Shown in pieces: positions 12,067 through 22,800 of a stretch of 29,040 nucleotides of DNA. The position numbers and the translations under genes are program-made. Positions within the stretch are counted from its first letter, which is position 1, and every line of letters starts with the position of its first letter. The notes below the pieces were generated by a model, which searched no databases, had not been told where the DNA came from, and worked only from the letters and a program-made list of their open reading frames with translations. Source of the DNA: Tubiluchus corallicola (taxonomy: Eukaryota > Animalia > Priapulida); contig JAQGDQ010001694.1 in NCBI GenBank assembly GCA_030141605.1, positions 1 through 29,040 of the forward strand, in the 5' to 3' direction.

Positions 12067-13881
12067 TTATTTAAAACATGAAAAATGCAGAAATGTTAAC
12101 AATGCAAGCAAAAGTTTGAAATGCTCTAAAAACACTAATGTTGCTAATAATCTATAAAATACCTGCACAACTCTCAACCGTGCATGAGACCATTGATCAA
12201 GTTGCTCCCAGTTGAAATCCCCAAGGTTAGTTGGTACAGTGTTTTCTGTGACATGAGTACAAATGTTTTCTGCGCATATGATCATCAAATCCAGAACAGG
12301 CATTTTACCAATATGCTTCTTGGCATGTTCTTCAAGTACATTTACATCTTCAAGAAGGTGGTGACGCATGTACTTTTTTTTGCAGCAGTCAGAAATGTAG
12401 GTAAATATGCCTGAAACTCGATTCGAAACTTCGTCGTCTTCCCAGTCATAGTCATTTGGATAGCGGCTGGCTTCATGAATTGAAGCCGTTTTAAGTATGT
12501 AAGAATCTATAAGGAGGCCAGGATGGAATTTCAGCGAACAAATGGCGTGCAGTTGCTCACACTCGGAATTTTCTTGCTTAAACTTATCAATGGTTTCCTC
12601 AGAATGAAGGTCATCATTGAGCAAAGCTTTTGCCAGAATTATTCCTTCTTTCTTCTGTGCACTCATGTTTCCAAGAAGTTCACTTTCATACACAGCCATA
12701 GATATGGGGCAGTAATTCTGCCCTGCATCAGGACATGGCTTAAATACAAGGTGATAAGAAGTAGCTGAGCGAGTGTCATGTGATGTCAACATCCCTGCCG
12801 GTTTACCTGGTACTTCTACAGCAGGTGTCATGTCTATTGAGATAGGTAGTGGTGCATCGTAATAGCCTCGAGTTGGCATGTACGTCAGTTTGAAGCAAGT
12901 ACAAACCTTATTCCACTCTATCTTATCGAACTTAAAAGATCCCCTTATTTCCGAGTCTTCTAGGAAAACTGCATTCATAGCCCGGGACAAAAGAATAGTA
13001 AAATAGCTCTTTAAGTTGTCAATCGAAAACCTGTTATTCTTAACAAACTCGGGAAACATTTCCATTGCTTTGTCACCTAACGTAATGTTTACATATCCTG
13101 CTTTGTCGACTTCTTCGACATTCAGGCCCTCGCATAAGCTGTTAAAGATGATGAAAAAATCAAATTCATCCGGTAACCCAGCTTTGATTCCGCATGCACT
13201 GCTGCCCACGAGCTTGCAGAAAGAATCAAACCTTTCATCTATTTCTCCCAACTTAGTACATACTTTGACAGCTAAGGCTTCAATTTTTGTTCTGATAAAA
13301 TCATTTTCTTCAGTCAGTGGAAGACGTCCTATGCCAGTGAGCTCAAGTACTTCTTTCACCGATTTATGATCTAAGTCTTCCTTTCGCAACAAATTAATGC
13401 ATTTCGTTTTAAATGTAAACTGGTTATCATCCTCAGTCTTTTTATTGGCTGTTACATACAGAGATGTTAGCAGATAACCAATAGTCTCTCGTAGTTCTTT
13501 GTTTAGGGTTTTATTTGTTGCTCTATTAATGTACAACTTCATTGCAGTCTTGCCAGAATTGTCTTGTTTGTTAATATCAACGCCATGTTTCACTAATGAA
13601 GTCACCACTCCTGATTCCAAAGTTAGTTCTGCCTCAGCAGCAGAATGCAGTGCCGTCCAACCATCATTGTCAGTCAAGTTAGGATCTGCACCTGCTTCTA
13701 GTAGCAAACTAACAATGAGTTCATTATCTCTCCTGGCTGCATACATCAATGCTGTGCCTCCATCTTCATCTTTAACATTGACATCAGCACGATCTTGTAT
13801 AAGCCGTTTTACTTGCTCAGCATCATCAAACTTTACTGCTATGTGGAGTTTTGTCCAACCATATTGGTTTCTCTCGTTGAT
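12067..13881 (-). CDS. cGLR: Large exon: ankyrin repeats (~13881-13520) + Mab-21/cGAS-like receptor nucleotidyltransferase domain (~13320-12250)
   Basis: The 560 aa ORF extends upstream in frame to the acceptor ttcag|ATC at 13881. ANK motifs: YGWTKLHIAV, GGTALMYAA, DGWTALHSAA, SGKTAM. NTase motifs: GSSACGIKAGLPDEFDF (cGAS GSYYEHVKISAPNEFDV), SIDMTPAV (third acidic residue), ISMAVYESELL, KKEGIILAKAL, SYILKT, and DW...DCCKKKYMRHHLLEDVNVL. Probable donor CAG|GTATTT at 12163. Confidence 0.93.
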   Translation of the reverse strand: MNERNQYGWTKLHIAVKFDDAEQVKRLIQDRADVNVKDEDGGTALMYAARRDNELIVSLLLEAGADPNLTDNDGWTALHSAAEAELTLESGVVTSLVKHGVDINKQDNSGKTAMKLYINRATNKTLNKELRETIGYLLTSLYVTANKKTEDDNQFTFKTKCINLLRKEDLDHKSVKEVLELTGIGRLPLTEENDFIRTKIEALAVKVCTKLGEIDERFDSFCKLVGSSACGIKAGLPDEFDFFIIFNSLCEGLNVEEVDKAGYVNITLGDKAMEMFPEFVKNNRFSIDNLKSYFTILLSRAMNAVFLEDSEIRGSFKFDKIEWNKVCTCFKLTYMPTRGYYDAPLPISIDMTPAVEVPGKPAGMLTSHDTRSATSYHLVFKPCPDAGQNYCPISMAVYESELLGNMSAQKKEGIILAKALLNDDLHSEETIDKFKQENSECEQLHAICSLKFHPGLLIDSYILKTASIHEASRYPNDYDWEDDEVSNRVSGIFTYISDCCKKKYMRHHLLEDVNVLEEHAKKHIGKMPVLDLMIICAENICTHVTENTVPTNLGDFNWEQLDQWSHARLRVVQVFYRLLATLVFLEHFKLLLALLTFLHFSCFK

Positions 13882-16800
13882 CTGAAACCAGTTTAAAATC
13901 AGAGAAAATATTGAAACTAAGTTTTGACCTGAAATTTTTGCAAATCGTTAAATTTTTAGTGATCAGTCATTGTGACTTGAGTTTAAATCAAATAAGTTGA
14001 CAGTTTGACAAATCAAAGGTTTCTACCGTTTTGGTTTTGACTACTTTGACTACCTGGAGTGAAAAGCATTAATAAGATATTGAAATTTACACCGTCTCAA
14101 TCTGCATAGCCTGGCGAAGATTTGCACATGCCGATGACAAATAATGTGCAAACATTCTGCAAATTGTTTTATTTTGAGAAATTGCTGCAAAGCAGTATCT
14201 TCTTGATTTACCCGAATTTTTATTATGTCCATTTTGACCTTTTATACTTTTTTATTTTTGCCTCTCGTGGTGCTCATTTAGCTTTGAATGTGACCCGATC
14301 GCCACAGGCCAAAGCTGTGAAAGATGTCAAAGGTCACAGATGGGCAGGCGTTCCCGAGTTCCATTGGCTTTATCCTATTAGCTAAATACGTTGAACTCGG
14401 GTCACAGTTTCTGCGTATATTGCTATGTGGGGTCAACGCCTAGTGAGTGGCTGAATATAGGTCATGTGCATTTTCTCTAGGGCATAAAAACTAAAATGAA
14501 TGCTTCGTATTCATGCATAGCAGATATAATGGAGACGGTTTTTTACAGCTTGAGACCAACAGCTATCTGGTCAAAAAATGTCAACTTTCGATTTTATTAA
14601 ATTCAAAACACAGATACAAAATAACAAGGCATGGTAAGATCAATGGAAAAAGTATCTATACCCTCGGACACAATGACAGTAAATTATTTATGACCTTTTT
14701 CAGTCATTAATTGTGATACTTCATTCAGTCAAACTTCAAATGAACTTGAAAGAAAATTGTATAGTAAAAAAGTACGCATTATCCTGTATTCGAACCAGTA
14801 AACTTTGGATTATTAAAGTAATAGCATGAAAGTACAGAACTATCATGAAGCAAACCCCTTCTATCCTTTACGTCTCTTTTGTTTCATGTATAGTGTACAT
14901 GATGTGGAGTGGGTTGTTTTTTGTGAGTGGTGAGGCAAGTGTGGGTGGTGTGGTGGGTGTAGCATGGCACGGTTTGTGTGATGTGGTGTGGCAGGCTATG
15001 GGTGGTGTGATACGGATTGTGTGTTGTGGGTCGTGTCAGTGGAATTGTGTGATGTGGTGTGTTTTGCTGAGGGTGAAAAGTATGGATGGTCGTAATGTGT
15101 GATTTGTCCACGCCAAAATTTTTTACAGGGTTGGGCTGGTAAAAATTTATTGCTGTTAGGCCTAACAACAATGACATTGCATTCTCGAGACATGTATTTC
15201 AAGATTTAAGAACGTATTTTATTCATTATTAAGCAACAAGCACTGTCATTTAACTATAAAATTGACTTGACGAAAAGTTGCAAATCGGAAAAATCTGCTT
15301 AATGATACACTCACTCTCCAGCACTGCAAGAACAATTGCATTCCATTTCCAGCCAAAAACCGACGACAGTTTGAAGGCGTTTCACCTACAGCAACAAACA
15401 AGTTCTCATATTAACTGACTGAAGCAACATTCATACTCTACAGCATAACAATTAGATTAAACAAATTTCAATGCAAAACATGTTATACTAATATAATAAC
15501 ATTAAGTACAATAAACGCTTCATGGTAAATTAACCACATAAAACCATAACCATAACTAATTATGATCTCAAAAAGAGGAAATCTTTAAAACTTCAACAAT
15601 TTAAAGTCACACGGACAATCATCAAAGATTTTAATTTCAATTTTTCGGGCAGCATCAATTTTTACAAACATATTTTATTAGAACGCTGGGTATAACATCA
15701 ACTAACTGTAACTTTACCGAGCAAACATCATTTTCTATATGAACCTAACTTCTTTCTTTAGCAAAACTTAAGAGTTTTTGGCAATTGCATATTTTATGCA
15801 ATTACATTATTTGCTAAAACATTGCTGCTACACAAAAAATGGTCAGTTTACACGGCACAACTGGTGTAAAGTAATATAACATATGAATTAACATCATAAA
15901 GCTGGCAGTACTCAATACATACTTACCAGTAACATTAAACATTGTCAGCCAAGCAAGGTGCATCGCATCATCGCAAACTTGATTCTCTAGACATTTCGTT
16001 ATCACATCTAGCATTATCTACAATATAAGAATTGAATTTTATAACTTTATTGTTAATATTCCACCGGCAACAGTTTTATCATGTTTGTTTTTCTTCTTTT
16101 TCACATAGTCTGCTGTGATCTTCAACCAAGTTTAACGAAAAATTAAAAGGCAAGAAGAAATTGAAAAGAAACACACGGGATCAAACAGCAAAAAGTGTTT
16201 TCACTATTTTAATTTGTGAGACACATTATGAAAATTTAAAGAAAAATATTAAGAAAAGTAACTTTTATGATAGAATTAGAACAATCTGTGTAACTGTTTA
16301 AAATATGAGTAACATGGGCAAATCTTGGAATTATAATAATTAATGTTAAGTTTAGTAATTATCATGGCAAAATTAAAATTTTTTCATTAACACTGAATTT
16401 GGTCGGGAAGCTATAAGGGATGAACTTTGGACTACCTTGTTCACTAGTGAGTATGATAGCTTACTGGTCTAATGCATCTGCCTCCTAAGCAGAAAGTCTA
16501 TGGTTAAAATCCATGCTATATTCAAGCTTTTTTTTTACATTTCCTGCCTCACAAATTTGGTATTAAAATTTAATTAACTATGGGTTTATGCCAGCAAGAG
16601 AATAACTAATATGTTCCACACATTTAGATACATAGATTTAAGAAAGCACCATTTTACCTCTATAGCTCCCCTTTCACCGACTAGCTGCTTGTGCTCACCA
16701 TCTACTCTGCAAATGATGCGATGTAATAAGAGGATGCTGCCTCCTTGGATTAAGGGATCCTGAGACTGTCTTACTGTCCTGAGCAACACTTCAACCAACT

Positions 16801-19800
16801 TCTTATATGTAAATAACTAAACCAAATTTATCATTATTAGAGAAAAGCAATCAGTTATTCAGACAAAACCAGTAAAAACCATGAACAAAGTTAGTTTTTC
16901 ACTTTTCTGTTGTGAAAAAGGCCTGTGTAGGCACTCAAAGAAAAAGCTATATATTCCATTTAATTAAAACGGGGCTGCTTTCTAAGCACCACAACAAATT
17001 TTTCAAATTCATATTTGTCTTCAAATCTGTATTACTCTTTTAGGCAGAAGAGAAACAGCAAAGAAGGCCTGTCGGAAGCAGATAGTTTAGAAAAAGTTTG
17101 GAAGCCTCACCCAGTACAAGTCCAGCCTTTCGTTGTCAAGACGATTATAATCATCAGAAAAACTTAAGAAAATGGCATTAAAATACCTCTCAGGACAGTT
17201 AATTTATAATACAATTAATATTAAAAAAGAAAACAAATAATAATGCAAGTACCACATCGTGAGGCATGGAAAACTGGTAGAGAATTGCCACGCCGAATAC
17301 CATCATCTGAAAGAAGACAAAATGACAAATTAATTTGAAGCTGCTTAACTCAGCTTAGCAAACTACAGTAGAACCAACTGCACAACTACACATTTTGAAA
17401 ATTATATTTTTGAGAGATTTGCTAATGATAATTATTATTAATCTTATTACGAGGTAAAAAAAAAACTGATTTTAGCAGACATAACATGACACACAACAAC
17501 ATATCAAATCTTATAAGAAACAAATAAAATTAAAAAATAAATGAGCAGACAGTTACTCCTTTTAGAAAATGTGCTTCATCTCGAAGCGCAAGTAAAGCGA
17601 TAAATTCCAGCTACAGCAGGGGTGTGCAAACCGCAGCCCACCAAGAAATGTTGTGCGGCTCGTGAAGAGATTTGTCAAACTAATAAAAGTGCGACCCAGG
17701 CAATGCATTGAATCGCAAGTATCAGGAGGTTGTTTCTAGCTAAAGTCCACAATAAGAGGTCCAACCAGCCAATCTCCAGGCTTTTATTATAGGGCCCGTT
17801 GTGTCAGCCCAGTCGTCTTCTTGGTCATCGTAGGTAGATCATTTTCACTTGGCAATTTTATATTATATATTTTATTTATATAAAAACCAAGTCAAAATTA
17901 TCTACCTACTATGACCAAGAAAGTGACTGGGCCGATCAGTCTACAGGTAGCTTGCAAACTTAAAATGTGGTCACCTTTGATATAGGGGGATTCCCAGATT
18001 TTAGTTTTGGTTTAGGCTCGATCAGTAGTTGTTTCAGCATTTCATCAGGTGTAATGTTCTTATAGATCAGAATCAGAGCTAATGTGCATTGTAATAAGAT
18101 TATCCATATCTGACAAAAAAGTTGAATTCTATAGTTTTAACATTTAATAACTTCTAGAACAGTTTTCCTCAGTGTAGTAGTAATGATGAGTGTTGTAGAT
18201 CAGATGCCAAAGATCTCTATTAGGCCCTAATTTTCTTGGCTCCTTGACCAAACTGCATGCGGCCAACTAGAATTGTTGAAAAATTTTATGTGGACCAGCT
18301 AGTGAGATAATCTGCATACCCCTGAGCTACAGGATTAAGTAATCTCTGGAGTGAAAAATTATCCATCATCTTATCTTATCACAGTGCCGCAAACACAAAA
18401 TAGAAATGCAAAAAAATTGTAACTAGCTATAACATACCGTTGAATCCGTGTTGAACAAATCCATTCCATTTACTAAAGCAGTAATAATTTTCCTAAGAAA
18501 GAATTTCGTATTTATTGTTGGATTTTAAAATTTGCAAAACACCAATTACCTGTTTTCAATGTGACGTGCACAGTACTAGTTACTTAATTATATTGCATCA
18601 AAATATACATACAATAATTAACTTTCAAGAAGTGTTCCTAAAAAGCTTCATTTATGTTTAGAAAGAAAATTTACAAGTATTATATTTAGTATAGGCGACG
18701 TATGAAATGTATGTCATTGATTACATTTAGAAAAATTTCGTCATAGTTAAAGTAGTGCTGCAGGCCACCCTGTGCAAAATGTTTTAACACAATGATAGTG
18801 ATACCCAGGAAAAACACTGCTAAAAGTTCCAGGAAGCATACGAATTAGACTGCCTTTATCCAATCACATTCTGTGAAAATTTGACTAAATTAAATGAACT
18901 AAATCTGATTAACTCGATTTAATTAAAATCATAAAATCCAGTTACAGCAAATGCATATGAAAAAGACTAGCTAGCTTCAAAATCACTTTAACAGTTTATT
19001 CTAATATCTGAATAAACATGGGGCTTACTTCATACAAATATGCAATAAAAGGCACTGCATTCACTCACCTTCTTACTGTCAAAGTAAAAATTGGCTTCTC
19101 ATCACTCTTCATATTATAAAACAGACACCAACTAAATACAAAAAAATGGATTTTCAAATCTTGTTGCTAACTATAAACACAAAACAAACTTGCTTTGCTG
19201 AACTATCTAAGCATCTTATAAGATTTATCTCTAGCATTTTCACACTTAACACATATTTATGCTAAACCGCCACCTGATATTTAACTAACGCATGAGAATT
19301 ATAAACTGACATAGCTCTTACCTTCCGAGTATCTGCACTTGTTTGTTATAACGATGGTTTTCCATAGCGGTTATAATCAACTGAAAAATAAACGTTGTTT
19401 ACATTAGTGGCTCAAGAAAATGTTGTAAAAATGTTTTGAATTTGAATGTGTGGCGAAGTTTTTTCTCGTTACGTTCTAGATATCGATACAATATGGTTCA
19501 ATGTCACGTGTAATGAAAAATGCACTGGATAAAGTACATTTGTACTCTGCGTTTGGCATTCATAGAACATCTTTCAGAGTTTAACCAACTGACTTAAATG
19601 CTCATTAAACTCGTCAAAATTCTCCCTGCTTTGTTATGCAGCAAAGAACTAATCTTGCCCAGCAGATAAATAAATAACAGCCTTCACATAAGAAAACAAT
19701 ATGTACATAAACAATTCTCAAAAACCAATGAGACGTATGAAGTCATTGTTTTCTATAGGGTAGTATATTGGGACCCCTATTGTTTGTGTTATTGACGATT

Positions 19801-22800
19801 TCCTGAAGTTCTCGATCCTGTTACCTGTAAACTATAAACTGATGATTTGAAAATGTATCGACCATTTATTATTGCATTGTGCAATTGACCAATTAACAGA
19901 CTGGTCCTACAAATGGCAACTAAATATAGCTGCACCATGTTTCATTCAGCTTTTGGCAATCCTTATCTTCAGCATTTACTTTATGGCACTCCCCTTATGC
20001 GTAGTAACAAATGTAATGACATGGGTGTTACAGTATCGTCCAATTTGAAATTCTCGACACATTGTAAAACCATAGTTTCTAAGCCATTTTGTATGGTAAA
20101 TAGGATGTTTCGGTGTTTCTACACTAAAAACAGAACTGCACTGTTGACTGCTTATAGAGATTATGTGCGTCCCTTGTTGGAGTACTGCTCATTAGTGTGG
20201 TCCCCTCACAATATGCAAGATACTGACAGCATTGTAAAGGTTCAGGGACATTTTTCTTGTAGGCTGTTCCAACGATGCCACTTTAATTTGGTTTCTTATT
20301 TAGACAGACTGTCAGAACTGGAATTGCAGCCATTCGAATTGAGGTGCCTTGCGTCTGATCTTAAGATGGTGTACAGAAGTTGTCGTAATATACTGGGGTT
20401 AACTTTTGATGATTTTTTTCTAGCATGCTACAACCAACCACTTGCGTGGTGACAACTTTAAACTGTTTACGTCTTTCTCGAGATTGAAAGCAAAAAATTT
20501 TCATTTGCTGAAAAAGTTGTAAACATTTGTAATGCTCTGGATTCTCATGTAGTTCTCGCTACTAGTTTGTCAGTTTTCACTAAAAGATTAGCTAATGTTA
20601 ATTTACTGCCCTATTGCAACTTTATCCGAAACATGTAACATTGTCATTAGCGTAATCGGTTCTCTCCAAATTGTATTACTGTTCAGAACGTGTTGCATAT
20701 AGTATACAATTCATATTTACGTACATTTTATTGGAGTTTTTTGATGACAGATATTCAATTTTAGGGTCTTGTTTTTAGAAATTTCATTTTTGTGCATTTT
20801 TTGTGTCTGATAGAATCAGCATAAATACGCATGCGCCTGCTGATTCTTTCTTTTATACATTTTTCAAAATGACCTTAAAACTAACATGTTTTGCCCTATT
20901 AGCATAATTGTGAATTTACCCATATGTACCTCAAGTGCGCGTTGGCTATAACGCAGTTTCCCTCTCTTATATAGTTGAAGTAAGTGCTGCAATGACTTTA
21001 GTAGCTCTTCAACTCTGTCCATGTTGTGTTCCAGTGACGTTATAATCTGTTGTTCATCAGCATCTCCAGCAACCTGCATGAATCAAGTAACAGACTGACA
21101 TTACTATCCCATTAAATGACTAGAAATACAAGTACGTTGATTAAACACAACAGCTTGAATACAAACACACAAGTGAGTAGGGGCAATGGTCCCGGACTGT
21201 GTGATTTAGGGCCCCACCCCCTCATTTTTTAGGGCGGCTCTATTCCTAACCCAAACACCCTCCAAATAATGTCCAACCCTAACCCTAGCTATTTTTTGTT
21301 TCATGTAAAGTAAAATGAAATAAAGTAAAATTGTAAAGTAAAAAGAAGGTATTACACTGTATTTGAACCAGTAACCTTTGGATTATTAAAATAATAGCAC
21401 GAAAGTGCAGAGCAATCATTAGGCAAACCCTTTCTATCCTTTACATCTTTTTTGATTCATGTATGGTGTACATGATGTGTTGCAGGTTGTCGGTGGAATG
21501 GTGTGATGTTTTGTTGAAGGTGGGCAGTGGGGATGGTGGTATGGTGCGATTTGTTCACTCCAAAATTTTTTGCAGGGTTGACCGGTAAAAATTTATTGCT
21601 GTTAGGCCTAACAACAACGACACTGCATTCTCGGGACATGTGTTTCAAGGTTTAAGAACGTATTTTATTCATTCTTCTGTGTGCTCACGTTGGGTGCGTG
21701 ACTTTATTATTTTTTTATTTATGAGTAATTGTAGCTCAATTGGTGACCAAAAATTGTGAGACGAGGCATTGTTTGATTTGAAATAATACATTTACTAACC
21801 ATAAGTTGTAGATTGATATTTTGTATGCGGTAAAATCACAAAAATGCTTAGAATAATTTTACATTATAAAATAAATAATAATAATTATTGTATAATTTAT
21901 ATATTAATTTATATATAATTTATATATTAATAATTATTTATTTTATTATATAATTATTACATTATATAATAAATTTACATGATATTAATGTTAGCTGCAT
22001 AAACTGTTTGAGTGAGTATTTTCAAGGTGAATAGGATGCTTTGTGTACCCCTTGTGGTAACGCTGGTGGAACATTGTTAAATTGCATCTTATCCTGGCAC
22101 GAACATTTTAAATTTTTATTTTTAGTTACATAAGTCTTTCCAGTAGGTAAATGAAGTGGTAAGTAATACATATTTGCATAGAAAGTTACTTGGGTTATAA
22201 TTTAACATTGCATTTTCTTTCCCTGATTTACGTTTGTGTAGGTGACGTCACGTATTGGCACGGATGGAACAGTGTTGCAGGAGATTTATTATGAAAACAA
22301 AAAATTCCTTTTAACACGAGTACGATATACGCATTAAATTTGATTCAAACTAACATTGAACAAGCTATAGAGCCTGTACTAATAACTTGAGCAAAAATGT
22401 GAAAACGCAGCAAACACAATTAAGAGTTTCAAATAACAGCCGATTAATTGTTTAACAACCGCCAGTTTAACAACATTGTCAGTTAAGTGTCACTGAGCCT
22501 GTTCAGTACAAATATCTGTGGCCATCGTGTCCAACACTCACTCAATTCATTCACCTTACTGTACCTGGGTGTGTTTATTTTGTTGATGCATGATGTACTA
22601 ACATGATGACACATGATGTACTTCGAATGAGACAAAGACACCTCTGTTGGTTTAATGCCTCATCTTAGAAGAATAGCCTTGATAGTTTTTTAAACACATT
22701 TTTGGACGTAATGTAGCCTGTGGTTAGGACAGGATAGTTGATAACAACTGTCAGTGACAGGAGGTTCATTGACAGTTGTGAACAGGCATTAAGCAACACT

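Noticed and set aside
12067-12162. Hydrophobic C-terminal tail VFYRLLATLVFLEHFKLLLALLTFLHF as a transmembrane anchor
   Set aside because: It begins exactly at a good donor (CAG|GTATTT) and is T-rich like an intron, so it is more likely intron read-through. Not fully excluded as a retained-intron isoform.
12067-13881. Bacterial CBASS CD-NTase or contamination
   Set aside because: Spliceosomal acceptor, animal Mab-21-type C-terminal motifs, and no operon partners.
12184-13885. Plus-strand ORFs of 76-128 aa
   Set aside because: Antisense shadows of the cGLR exon with no recognisable motifs.
14239-14246. TATAAAAG as the TATA box for the ATG at 14232
   Set aside because: Too close to that ATG to serve it, and it lies within an A-rich run.
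14845-15202. His/Thr-rich and Val/Gly-rich ORFs, and the similar ORF at 21457-21648
   Set aside because: Translations of repeat family B and its simple-repeat core.
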